Assembly (NCBI GenBank): GCA_963777505.1
Contig: CAVZQN010000004.1
Location: 192,001 to 256,000 of the forward strand
Source: an uncultured bacterium
Lineage (GTDB): Bacteria > Acidobacteriota > HRBIN11 > JAKEFK01
Direction of reading: 5' to 3'
DNA length: 64,000 nt
This document shows, piece after piece, positions 41,964-52,522 of the stretch (positions within the stretch are counted from its first letter, which is position 1; the number at the start of each line of letters is the position of its first letter). Position numbers and translations under genes: made by a program. The notes beneath the pieces were generated by a model, which worked only from the letters and a program-made list of their open reading frames with translations, was not told where the DNA came from and made no database searches.

Positions 41964-42905
41964 ATGAAAATTCGCACACCGTTGTTGATACTTCTGTTAA
42001 TCGCGATTGGATATAGCTCTATTATTTTTGCTCAATCAGGAGCCGCCAAAGGAAAAGGACGAATCCGCGGAACTATTACCGATGCAAGCGGTGCGCCTAT
42101 TCCTGATGCAACGATACGCTTCGTAAGTGAAAAGCGTCAAACAAGTTTTGAAGTAAAGGGAAAAAGTGATGGTACTTTTACTGTTGCTGGTATAGCTGGC
42201 GGCGCGTGGAATGTCGATTTCATTAAAGAAGGATTCAAAGAAAGAAAAATTTCAATTCAAGTCAGCGAACTAAGTTATAACCAACCGATCGATGTCAAAA
42301 TGGAAAAGGCTGTAGCAGCGCAAGCAGCTGCGCCAAAGGAAAAAGCCCCTGGAATAGAACTTGTAGAAGCAGGTAACGCTTTGCGTGCTCAAAAGGATTA
42401 TGCTGGAGCGATTGCAAAATATGAAGCAGCATTGGCCGCAAATCCTGCGCTTGCGGAAGTCCATGGTGATATCGCCAGAATTTATTCCGAACAAGGAAAA
42501 TATGATGAAGCTCTTGCTTCGTATAAGAAATTTGTAGATGTAAAACCTGATAATCAGGAAGTAAAATTGGAAATGGCTGCGATTCTTTTGCAACAAAAGA
42601 AAGTAGATGAAGCCAAAGCACTTTTAGGCGCCGCCAATTTGGAAAGTATTACGAATCCGTATACTCTGTATAACCTGGGCGTCGGTTTTTATAACTCACA
42701 GCAGGCAGAAGAAGCGATCCGTTATTGGGAGAAAGCGGTATCACTCGATCCTAAAATGACGGATGCCTGGCTGCAGTTAGGATTTGCTTACTATTCAGTT
42801 AGTAATACGGCGAAAGCCAAAGAAGCTCTTCAAAAAGTGATTGAATTAGAACCGGGATCTGATAATGCGAAGAGTGCGCAGGAATTTCTAGCATCGATGC
42901 AGTAG
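41964..42905 (+). CDS. Carboxypeptidase-regulatory-like domain + TPR protein
   Basis: Signal peptide, GRIRGTITDASGAPIPDA, several TPRs (LYNLGV, AWLQLGFAY). Confidence 0.85.
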   Translation: MKIRTPLLILLLIAIGYSSIIFAQSGAAKGKGRIRGTITDASGAPIPDATIRFVSEKRQTSFEVKGKSDGTFTVAGIAGGAWNVDFIKEGFKERKISIQVSELSYNQPIDVKMEKAVAAQAAAPKEKAPGIELVEAGNALRAQKDYAGAIAKYEAALAANPALAEVHGDIARIYSEQGKYDEALASYKKFVDVKPDNQEVKLEMAAILLQQKKVDEAKALLGAANLESITNPYTLYNLGVGFYNSQQAEEAIRYWEKAVSLDPKMTDAWLQLGFAYYSVSNTAKAKEALQKVIELEPGSDNAKSAQEFLASMQ

Positions 42906-42974
42906 CGAAATTTTTGTGCTGGAGATTTTTGCGCAATTGAAACATCAAGCTGATCGCGGTTTGATGAGGTGGTT

Positions 42975-44270
42975 ATGCCGCGAAATACGTCTCTGATTTT
43001 ATGTTTTGTTTTAGTCGTTCTTCTTGCCCCTCCTGTCTTCCCTCAACTTGAAGAAGAAGTCCGCGTAGATTTGATCGAAGTCTGGGCCAAGGTAACGGAC
43101 AAAGATAATAAGGTCGTTACCGATTTGCGTCCTGAAGAGTTTTCCATCCTCATCGATGGAAAACAAATGGAAATGAAGTGCTTCGATAAAATCTTTGATG
43201 ATCCGCCACCGGTTGTTGCTGACGAAGACTCGATTAGCTTTGAAGACTCTCAACCAAACTCGCGGCGTGTAAAAAGATCATTTGTTTTTTTCTTCGATCT
43301 CCTTCATTCATCTGCGCGTGATATTGATTTCCTGAAAAACAAAATCGGCGACTTTCTTGAAACATCCTTTCATGAAGAACAAGATCAGGGTGTGGTTTTC
43401 GTACTTTTACCCTCTCTGCATTTGGGTGTAGTTCAAAAAATGACCAGAAGCCGTGAAGCCTTGATCGATGTAATTTCGAAAATGCGCGGCAATGCAAATC
43501 AAGACATTCGTATTAGAAACAATGAAAAAGAACTTTTAGAAGTTTTGTATGCATTTGGACAGGGTAGCAATTCAACACAAGGTGGAGATAGAGGCGGTGC
43601 TGCAAGCAGATCCGTTGAAACAATTCGACAGGCTCGTGGCCTTGCTAGAACATTTGCATCACAGGACAAGAATCTCAGCAAAATTACGTTGAATTCATTC
43701 CTTTCGATTTCAGATTATCTTACAGACAATGCCAGTCCGGGACGTCTTGTCATGATGTATGTCAGCGGTGGATTTTCGCTTCGTCCGGGACAAAATTATT
43801 ACGAAATTGTCGATAAAGCCATTGATGACACCTCTGTAGTCGGCAGTGAAGATATGGTCTTTCGCGATAGGCCTGATAATGACTTTGAACTTGAAGTTAG
43901 AAATGCGATCGGTTTGTTAAATCGATTGAACGTTACGATTTATTCCATCGATGCGAATGGAATGTTGGAATATAATCGCGGCGCCGACAGGGATACCCGT
44001 ATGGCTCAACTCGGGATCAATAACATTACGTATACCCAAGAACTGCAAGACTCGCTTGCAATGATTTCCCGCGAAACCGGCGGTATGGCCTTCCTGAACA
44101 GCCAAAATTTTGCGAAGGGCTTGGCAGAAGTCGCTAATGATATGAATCAACAATACTGGCTCTGCAGCACCCTCCCTCAATTTAAGAAACGCGGCACGTA
44201 TCACAAAATTGATGTGAAAGTCGCCCGTAATGATCTGAATGTACGACACAGAAAAGGATACGTAGAGTAA
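42975..44270 (+). CDS. VWFA-related Acidobacterial domain protein
   Basis: VTDKDNKVVTDLRPEEF, FFDLLHS, VTIYSID, SRETGG, YHKIDVKV..VRHRKGY. Confidence 0.85.
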   Translation: MPRNTSLILCFVLVVLLAPPVFPQLEEEVRVDLIEVWAKVTDKDNKVVTDLRPEEFSILIDGKQMEMKCFDKIFDDPPPVVADEDSISFEDSQPNSRRVKRSFVFFFDLLHSSARDIDFLKNKIGDFLETSFHEEQDQGVVFVLLPSLHLGVVQKMTRSREALIDVISKMRGNANQDIRIRNNEKELLEVLYAFGQGSNSTQGGDRGGAASRSVETIRQARGLARTFASQDKNLSKITLNSFLSISDYLTDNASPGRLVMMYVSGGFSLRPGQNYYEIVDKAIDDTSVVGSEDMVFRDRPDNDFELEVRNAIGLLNRLNVTIYSIDANGMLEYNRGADRDTRMAQLGINNITYTQELQDSLAMISRETGGMAFLNSQNFAKGLAEVANDMNQQYWLCSTLPQFKKRGTYHKIDVKVARNDLNVRHRKGYVE

Positions 44271-44511
44271 TACTTTGAGTCTCTGCGGTAAAAGCATTTT
44301 TTAACTTTTTTCGATCCAGCGTTCGTATTCCAAATATGCGTTTTCATGCTATAATCCCGCCATTCCGTAGCTAAAACTAACCATCTCACACAATTTTTTT
44401 TGGATGCTTTTTGTCGTGAAATCCAAGATTTTGGACGCGGAAGGCAAGGGGAATGCAGTCAATTGTCGCTAAGTGATTGAGTTTCCTGTCACAATATTAT
44501 TTGTCCGGATG

Positions 44512-44527
44512 TGGCACGACCCTTGCT
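44512..44527 (+). promoter_or_regulatory. sigma54 (-24/-12) promoter
   Basis: TGGCACGACCCTTGCT matches TGGCAC-N5-TTGCW, about 100 nt upstream of the Oar-like receptor ATG. Confidence 0.75.
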
Positions 44528-44628
44528 CAATATCGAACGGAACCCAGTTTTCATTATACAAAAAAGGTAGGGGAACAGTTCTCCTAACCTGATCAAAAAC
44601 GCTAATCTCTCTCTTTTACGGAGGAGCC

Positions 44629-47544
44629 ATGAGAAATAAGATTCTGCTTGCCCTCGTGGTGGCTCTCGCCTTTACAAGCCCTGTTTTCGCGCAAGTTGCG
44701 TTGAAGACAGGGTCAATCTACGGAAAGACCGTTGATGACAAAGGCGCACCACTGCCTGGAGTAGGCATCACGCTGGAATCGGATGTAATTCCGACACAGA
44801 CCGCAACGTCTGGACCTTCCGGCGGTTTTCGTTTTGCGAACCTGCCTCCTGGTACATATTCTGTGAACTTCTCGATCGAAGGTTTTACAGAAGTACGTCA
44901 GGAAGAAGTGCGAGTCAGCACAGGCAGCCAGGTACAACTTGAGATCACATTGAAACCGTCTTTGGCGGAAGAGTTCACAGTTATCGGTGAAACACCGGTT
45001 GTGGACACCAAAAAGACTGGTATCTCTGATACCTTCAATCGTGATTATCTTGAAGATGTACCAAGTGCCCGTGACCCTTGGACGATCATCGATCAAACCT
45101 CGGGTATCGATTCTGACCGCTACAACGTAGCAGGTTCTGAATCAGGCCAACAGGCAGCATTTATTGCCCGTGGCGGAAGTGACGATAACACCACATGGAA
45201 CTATGATGGTGTGAACGCCACCGACCCAGGTGCAATCGGTGCATCACCAACCTACTTCGATTTTGATGCATTTGAAGAACTGCAAATCTCCACCGGTGGA
45301 AACGATGCATCAGTAGGAACCGGCGGTGTTGTAGTGAACATCGTTACAAAACGTGGTGGAAATAAGTGGGAAGGTAATGCTTCCTATTTTTATGCTGGTG
45401 ACAGCCTTCAGGGTGATAACACTCCTGATGAACTCGCAGCCATCGGTGCCAAATCCAATCGTCTCGATGAGGTGAAGGATTATGGTTTCGATTTAGGCGG
45501 ACCGGTCATTAAAGATAGACTCTTCGTATGGGGCGCCTATCGTAAAAATGAAATCGGGCTGATCACAGTTTCCAACCTTCCTGATTTAACCAAGCTTGAA
45601 GATTACAACTTCAAAGCGAACGGCAACTGGAATTCAGCTAATGAATCTCAGTTCGGTTATTTCAAAGGTGACAAGTCCAAATCAGGCCGTGCAGCAATTT
45701 CGCCTGCTTTCCAAGCTCCAGAAACACTTTGGGAACAAAGCGGAACAGAAACAATTACTCCTGGAATTTGGACAGGACAACATACATGGATTCCAAACGA
45801 TCATACAATCATAACCGGCCGTTATGGTTATATCGGTCTTGGATTTGCGCTAGTTGCCCGTGGCGGACAAGACATTCCTATGATTCTTTTGTCAGCCATT
45901 CCACGCTGGGAAGATACGATCTGGACCTATGCTCCAATCGATCGTCCAGCTCATGATTACGTTGTTGACGCCAATTATTTTGCAGAAAATACGTTCGGCG
46001 GAGACCACGAATTCAAGTTTGGATTTGAATACAAGACCGCTAAGCTACATACAAGCAGCTTCTACGGCAACGGTATTTACATTGAAGACTCTTACCAGAC
46101 TGCGCCAGGCGGACCTTTAACTTCTGGCTATTTCAACCTGGTTCATCAGAATGATGGTCGTCTCGAAGAGCCGACTACCAGCTTCTATGTCAATGATACT
46201 TTCCGTAAGGACCGCTTTACACTGAACTTAGGCGTGCGTTTCGCCTCAATGACCGGTAAAAACCTGGCGTCTACATCGACGACTACTCCGGGATTTGAGG
46301 ATATTATGTCACCCGTTGCATTCGAGGGTAATGATCCCGGGGTCACGTTTAACGATCTTTCGCCACGCATCGGAGCTACCTATGATCTTTCTGGCGACGG
46401 CAAGACAGTTATCCGTGGAAATTACGCACGGTATTACGATGGATGGAACCCAGCGTACCTCATCCATTCAAACCCGACCTATGTATATAACGGTGCAAGC
46501 GCCACGTACACAAATCTAAATGGCGATCGTGTGATAACCCGAGATGAGCTTACCAGCGGCTTCAATTATTTTGGCGGGTCTGCTCAAGTCTTCGATATCG
46601 ACGGGTTCCTTGCCAAAAAACTGTATGCTGATGATCTTCAGAACGCAGGAAGTGACGAAATTCTAGCTGGTTTTGAAAGACAGCTATCGACAGATTTGTC
46701 AGTTAGCGCTACCTACACATATCGTCACTACTTTGACCAGATCGCGATTGTGCCAACGAATGTGTCTCCATCTGATTATGTACAAGACGGAGTGCAGACG
46801 TTCAACACTGTACTTGGCCAGTTTAATGTTCCGCGTTTCCTTTATCAGGGCACCAATGATGGAACGCAAATACTCCAAAACATCGATGGTTACTCACAAA
46901 GCTACAATGGTATCGATTTGAACATCCGCAAGAGAATGAGTAATAACTTCATGCTCAGCGGATCGATGGTATTGCAGAGGCAGAAAGCTTCTTACGATAA
47001 CCCAGAATCATCCTTGTACACGATCGGTGACGGCGGCATCACTGGACTTCCATTTCACGGAAACCCGAACAACACAGGGTTCCTGAACGATGAACCTTAC
47101 GCTTACGCCCCAGGTGGCAGCGGCAAGTCCGGAGTATATCCATACTCCGAATGGCAGTTCAAAATGAGCGGCGTGTATCAGTTCGGATGGGATTTCTCGG
47201 TCGGCGGGTTTGCTCGCTACCAGCAAGGCTATCCATTTGTTCTGTGGGCTAGGACCAGTGATCCCGGTCTCGCATCAGCTCTTGGAACAACTAGCAGCTT
47301 GAACCTGGTTGAACCTCTCGGCGAACGCCGGTTCGAAAATATTTTCACTCTGGATCTCCAGTTTGAAAAAGGCTTCGAATTTGGTAACTATGGCCGTTTG
47401 GCTCTGTCCGCGAACCTGTTTAACGTGACAAACACGAATACAATTATTCGTAGAAACCGTCAGGTAGCATCCACCGGTTTGAATGGAATCGATGAGTTAA
47501 TTTCTCCTCGTGCACTTCGTATCGGTGTTCGTTACAGTTTCTAG
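44629..47544 (+). CDS. Oar-like TonB-dependent receptor
   Basis: Carboxypeptidase-regulatory N-domain, GGVVVNIVTKRGGN, SPRIGATYDL, terminal GVRYSF; GGAGG RBS. Confidence 0.92.
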   Translation: MRNKILLALVVALAFTSPVFAQVALKTGSIYGKTVDDKGAPLPGVGITLESDVIPTQTATSGPSGGFRFANLPPGTYSVNFSIEGFTEVRQEEVRVSTGSQVQLEITLKPSLAEEFTVIGETPVVDTKKTGISDTFNRDYLEDVPSARDPWTIIDQTSGIDSDRYNVAGSESGQQAAFIARGGSDDNTTWNYDGVNATDPGAIGASPTYFDFDAFEELQISTGGNDASVGTGGVVVNIVTKRGGNKWEGNASYFYAGDSLQGDNTPDELAAIGAKSNRLDEVKDYGFDLGGPVIKDRLFVWGAYRKNEIGLITVSNLPDLTKLEDYNFKANGNWNSANESQFGYFKGDKSKSGRAAISPAFQAPETLWEQSGTETITPGIWTGQHTWIPNDHTIITGRYGYIGLGFALVARGGQDIPMILLSAIPRWEDTIWTYAPIDRPAHDYVVDANYFAENTFGGDHEFKFGFEYKTAKLHTSSFYGNGIYIEDSYQTAPGGPLTSGYFNLVHQNDGRLEEPTTSFYVNDTFRKDRFTLNLGVRFASMTGKNLASTSTTTPGFEDIMSPVAFEGNDPGVTFNDLSPRIGATYDLSGDGKTVIRGNYARYYDGWNPAYLIHSNPTYVYNGASATYTNLNGDRVITRDELTSGFNYFGGSAQVFDIDGFLAKKLYADDLQNAGSDEILAGFERQLSTDLSVSATYTYRHYFDQIAIVPTNVSPSDYVQDGVQTFNTVLGQFNVPRFLYQGTNDGTQILQNIDGYSQSYNGIDLNIRKRMSNNFMLSGSMVLQRQKASYDNPESSLYTIGDGGITGLPFHGNPNNTGFLNDEPYAYAPGGSGKSGVYPYSEWQFKMSGVYQFGWDFSVGGFARYQQGYPFVLWARTSDPGLASALGTTSSLNLVEPLGERRFENIFTLDLQFEKGFEFGNYGRLALSANLFNVTNTNTIIRRNRQVASTGLNGIDELISPRALRIGVRYSF

Positions 47545-47557
47545 TTTTAATTCCTTT

Positions 47558-47593
47558 GGGGCATCCGCGTACTGCGGGTGCCTCATTTTTTTT
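47558..47593 (+). terminator. Intrinsic terminator
   Basis: GGGGCATCCGC-GTACT-GCGGGTGCCTC followed by A and T8. Confidence 0.8.
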
Positions 47594-47747
47594 GGTTTCC
47601 ATATATTTCGTCATTACTCGCTCCACCGTAGATGACGTCAACCTCAGCTTCTCCGCAGATCTTGTCTGCGCCACCTAGTTCATTGATTTGGTCATTGCCA
47701 CCAAGACCACACATTACATCATTGCCGGACGTTCCATTAATTGCGAT
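47583..47747 (-). pseudogene. Remnant of hemolysin-type (RTX) Ca-binding nonapeptide repeats
   Basis: Frame reads IAIN-GTSGNDVMC-GLGGNDQIN-ELGGADKIC-GEAEVDVIY-GGASNDEIY-GNQKK*, bounded upstream by TAG with no start before the repeats. Confidence 0.65.
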
Positions 47748-47768
47748 CTATAATTGCTCTTTCACTCT

Positions 47769-50015
47769 ATGGTAAACAAAACTTTCTTTAAATGGGTCGC
47801 GCTTACAGTTTTTGTAATCCTGGCATGCTTTGGCGCTTTAATATTTGCTAAGAGAGGGAATACAGAAATTCGGGCTGGCAGTTACAGCAACCACAATATT
47901 CTGTTAATAACGTTGGATACAGTTCGTGCAGACCGTTTGCCAGCCTATGGATACACGGGACTTCTAGCCCCCAATTTAGATCGTCTTGCCCAGGAAAGTT
48001 TTCTATTTGAAGATGCTATTGCACAGGTACCTCTTACACTGCCATCGCATATATGCATGTTAACTGGAAGATTGCCGATTGGTCATGGAGTACGGGACAA
48101 TGCTGGTTATTTCTTGGATCAAAAAGAAACCACTCTTGCTGAAGTCTTAAAAGAAGCAGGTTACTCAACAAGCGCTTTTGTATCGGCAGCAGTTCTAGAA
48201 TCGCGCTGGCGCATCGATCAAGGATTTGATCTCTATGATGATTACTTTCAGGCAGGACTATCGCATGAAATCGATATAGGCGAAATTCAAAGACTCGCCG
48301 GTGAAACGGAAGTTGAGGTAGAACGCTGGTTGGAAGATCACAAACGTGAAAAGTTTTTCACCTGGGTCCATTTCTACGATCCGCATGATCCTTATGATCC
48401 TCCTGAACCTTTTAAGACCAGATACTCAAGCGATCCTTATAACGGAGAAATTGCGTATGTTGATGAAATAATCGGGAAATTGCTAAAAAAACTGGAAACG
48501 CTGCAGTTGAAAGACCGGACGATTATTGTACTGACGGCTGATCATGGTGAAAGTTTGGGAGAACATAATGAAGCTACACATGCCGTATTTTTATATCGTA
48601 CAACTCTGCATGTACCGCTGATGATATACATTCCGGGAACAAAGAGTGCACGGATTTCTGGTACTGTAAGTCATATAGATTTGGCGCCAACCATACTGGA
48701 GCTACTCGGACTAGAAAATATGGAACGGATGCATGGAATGAGTTTGCTCGGAAAAATGAATGGCACTGAAAAGGCGGAACGATCTGCCTACAGTGAAAGC
48801 TTGTTTGCGGAACTCCATTACGGTTGGAGCCCTCTGAAGAGTATAACAACAAACGAGTATAGATATATTCGATCACCTCGAGCGGAGTTATATGATATGA
48901 GAACAGACGATGCTGAGACCAAGAATTTAATTTCAGAGAAACGATCCATTGCGAAAGTGATGGATTCGAAATTGAGCGAATTGCTCACGAAATATTCGAG
49001 TGAAAACCTTGCAGGTCCTCAGAAAATGGATCCAGAAACAGAAGAAAAACTACGAGCATTAGGATATACGGGGAGCACCGTACGAAGTACTGAAGATAGT
49101 CGTAGGATCGATCCTAAGGATAAATCTGATATTATGCGCCGAATTCAAGCCGCTTCCGGATTGGTACAGACGAAGCAGTACGATCTAGCGCTCCAGGAGT
49201 TGATGCCAATACTGCAGACTGATCCAAGCATCGTCGACGCACATTCTGCAGCAGGTGTTGCCTATTTGCGCATGGGTAAATACGATTCTGCGATCATGGA
49301 ATTCCGCAAGACTCTGCAATTGCAGCCGGATGATGCTCGCGCCATCTACAATCTTGGCTATGCCTTGGAGTTGAAAGGACAAAAAGCTGATGCGGAGTTC
49401 TGGTTTATAAAGGCACTTGAAATGAATCCTGATAATGTGTTCGCAATTCTTAAGCTTGCTCATCTGTATAGATCGATGAATCAACAGGAAGAATCGCGCC
49501 GCTTTTTCAGCCGCGCGGCGGAATTCTATGAACAAATTCAAAGAAAAACGAGCGATGAAAGGCAGAAAGCGGACATCTATTCAATTGTTGGTGAAATATA
49601 CATGGGAGCAGGTCAGATTGAACTTGCGGAACAAAACTATATTGCTGCAATAGAGATTGCTTCAAAAAATGAATCTGTCAATGCGGATTGCTTCGTGCGT
49701 CTTGGTCTTCTATATCATGCCGCATCAAAGTATGAGCAAGAGAAAGCCGTTTTTCAGAAAATGATCCTTGTCCGTCCCAGCGACTCACGCGGCTACTTTT
49801 ATCTTGCCAAACTACTCCTTGATCAGAAGAGTGATCTAAACGAAGTAATCCGTCTATCTCAGAAAGGCTTATCATTGAATCCTCCTACTGAAATGCAAGT
49901 CTTCGGACACTATCTTCTTGGCAACGGTTACAATCTAACCGGACGAATTGCCGAAGCACGTCAGGAGTTTGCACACGCAGAACAATTGGAGAAATCGATC
50001 CTAGATGTTCATTGA
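47769..50015 (+). CDS. Sulfatase-like (alkaline phosphatase superfamily, TLPSH) hydrolase/transferase + TPR
   Basis: LITLDTVRAD, VPLTLPSH, HFYDPHDPY, TADHGE, LRALGY, C-terminal TPRs. Confidence 0.9.
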   Translation: MVNKTFFKWVALTVFVILACFGALIFAKRGNTEIRAGSYSNHNILLITLDTVRADRLPAYGYTGLLAPNLDRLAQESFLFEDAIAQVPLTLPSHICMLTGRLPIGHGVRDNAGYFLDQKETTLAEVLKEAGYSTSAFVSAAVLESRWRIDQGFDLYDDYFQAGLSHEIDIGEIQRLAGETEVEVERWLEDHKREKFFTWVHFYDPHDPYDPPEPFKTRYSSDPYNGEIAYVDEIIGKLLKKLETLQLKDRTIIVLTADHGESLGEHNEATHAVFLYRTTLHVPLMIYIPGTKSARISGTVSHIDLAPTILELLGLENMERMHGMSLLGKMNGTEKAERSAYSESLFAELHYGWSPLKSITTNEYRYIRSPRAELYDMRTDDAETKNLISEKRSIAKVMDSKLSELLTKYSSENLAGPQKMDPETEEKLRALGYTGSTVRSTEDSRRIDPKDKSDIMRRIQAASGLVQTKQYDLALQELMPILQTDPSIVDAHSAAGVAYLRMGKYDSAIMEFRKTLQLQPDDARAIYNLGYALELKGQKADAEFWFIKALEMNPDNVFAILKLAHLYRSMNQQEESRRFFSRAAEFYEQIQRKTSDERQKADIYSIVGEIYMGAGQIELAEQNYIAAIEIASKNESVNADCFVRLGLLYHAASKYEQEKAVFQKMILVRPSDSRGYFYLAKLLLDQKSDLNEVIRLSQKGLSLNPPTEMQVFGHYLLGNGYNLTGRIAEARQEFAHAEQLEKSILDVH

Positions 50016-50124
50016 TTTCCACCTCCGCTTTTGCACAAAAGTGCGCCCTAATTTTTTTGCCCGAAGTTTCTCACTTCACACCAAAGACTTATAATTACTT
50101 TCTTGTCATCCTCCTGGTTCCCTG

Positions 50125-52418
50125 ATGTCAAAAAAGAAAAATAAATCACACAAAATCCGGTCGGCACAGAAAGAACAAAGTCTTCAGCCAGTTGTTGTGA
50201 AAGGACCAACGAACAACAGACGGTCGCTCATGGTTCTGACTGTAGTGAGTATTATTGTTGCTGCCGGTATTTTTGTATTTTGGCGCTCAAAATCCGTATC
50301 GTTTGATGCGGGGCAATTTAAAGATTACAACGTGGTGTTGATCACGCTTGATACACTTCGCGCAGATCATTTGCCCTCGTATGGATATGCTGGCGTAAAA
50401 ACTCCAAACCTGGATCGCATTGCTGCAGAATCAATTCAATTCGAACGAGCCTTTGCGCATGCTCCACTAACTTTGCCTTCGCATACTTCCATTCTCACGG
50501 GACGCCTGCCAATTTCACATGGTGTACGCGATAATGCCGGCTATCATCTTGAAGATTCTGAAACAACCATTGCAGAAATTCTAAAAAGCCGCGGCTACTC
50601 AACATCTGCATTCGTTTCTTCGTTTGTGCTTGATTCTGTTTTCAATATTAATCAAGGCTTTGATTTTTATTATGACAATTTTGATACAGCAGAATTTCAG
50701 GGACTCGACCCTCGTGCAATTGAACGCCGCGCTGATGAAACTTTAGCTGAAGTTCAACTCTGGATCGATAAAAATTCAGCTAAGAAATTTTTTGCATGGG
50801 TGCACTTTTATGATCCACATGATCCGTATGATCCGCCAGAACCATATCGTTCTGAGTACACATCAATTCCGTATGATGGCGAAGTTGCATATACAGATTG
50901 GGCTGTAGGTCAGCTAGTTTCGAAAATAGAGTCAGCAGGTTTAATGTCAAAAACGATATTTGTCATCACTGCCGATCATGGGGAAGGTCTGGGTGAACAT
51001 GGTGAATCCCGGCATGGATTGTTTATTTATAACAGCACTGTTCATGTTCCGCTTCTGATCCGTCTGCCAGGAGGAAAAAACCGGCGAGTTGAACAATTAG
51101 TCCGGCATATTGATCTGACTCCAACAATCCTGGACCTTCTTGGTGTTTCTGTTCCAAAAAATATTCAGGGAGCGAGTGTCATACCTTTATTAAAAGGGCA
51201 GGAAAAGTCAGAAAGATTTGCGTACAGCGAAAGTTTGTATTCAAGCCTTCATTATGGCTGGGCTCCGCTGGAATCGGTGACTTCAAAAAAGTACAAATAC
51301 ATACAAGCTCCGCGTGCAGAACTCTTCGATCTTGAATCTGATTTTTCAGAATCTACGAATCTGGCGGTTAAAAATGGTCCTCTTGCTCGCGCGATGAAAT
51401 CTGAGTTACAAGAAATAATCGATAAATACACGAATAAAGACATTACAGACTCAGATCTCCAATGGAACCAGAAATGGCTGAGAAACTTCGATCACTCGGA
51501 TACATCAGTTCTCAAGCCTCAAAACCGGAGCAGAATTCAAACGTTGATCCGAAAGACAAAGTGCACATAGCAGTTGCAGTTCAGGATGCTGCAGGCGCAG
51601 CTCTGATCGACAACTACCCGCTTGCAATCCGATTGATTGAGCCTGTCATCAAAGAACAACCAAACATGAGTGAAGCATTATATGTGGCAGGTGTATCCCA
51701 TGCATCTGTTGGAGACTACGACAAGGCAATCGATTACCTGCTTCAGACAATAAAACTGATCCCTGACCATGCGATGGCTCAATACAATCTTGGGGCAGCT
51801 TACATGATGAAGAATGATTTGAAAGAAGCCGAGTACTGGTTAAAAAAAGTAGTAGAAAAATCTCCTAAGCTTATGAATGCTCAAGTCAAACTCGGCCAGG
51901 TTTATATGATGCAAAATAATCCGGAAAAAGCAGCGCCCCATTTTAATGTAGCAATCAAATTTTATGAAGATACGTTGAATAAATCTGGATCGTCAAAAGC
52001 AGGTGGTGATCTTTATGCATCGCTTGCGGAAATTCAATTTTCAGCAGGTCAGCATAAAAAGGCTCAAGAGAATCTGAGACAGGCGATCCAGCTCGAACCT
52101 TCAAAACCAATGTTGCATTATAACCTTGGGCAAGTCTATGAAGCGTTGAATGACAAGGGTGCTGCAATCCAGGAATACGAAGAAGAAGTCAGAATCAACC
52201 CTTCAAACTTCAAAGCATTTACAAATGCAGGAATTTTATATTATGAAGCAAAAAAGCTGACAGATGCCGCGCGATGTTTTCAGAAATCCGTGGAGTTAAA
52301 TCCTGCCGATCCACGCGGATATTTGCAATTAGCCGCGGTTTACAAAATGATGGGAAAGCATCGCGAAGCGGAAGACTTGCTAAAAGTTGTGAGAGAACGC
52401 GGCGTCTCGTTAAATTAA
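50125..52418 (+). CDS. Sulfatase-like (TLPSH) hydrolase/transferase + TPR, frameshift near 51445-51455
   Basis: LITLDTLRAD, APLTLPSH, DHGE; continues as MEPEMAEKLRSLGY + TPRs in ORF 51462..52418. Confidence 0.88.
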
Positions 52419-52436
52419 GCGAGTTTCCGAAAGCTG

Positions 52437-52504
52437 GTAGGGCGGCCGCTTTGGCCGCCCTGGAGAAAATCTTTTAACCGGGCGACCACAAGGGTCGCCC
52501 CTAC
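52437..52504. repeat. GTAG-type REP doublet (family A) between convergent genes
   Basis: GTAGGGCGGCCGCTTTGGCCGCCC ... GGGCGACCACAAGGGTCGCCCCTAC. Confidence 0.75.
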
Positions 52505-52522
52505 AACCCGCAGTAACACTAA

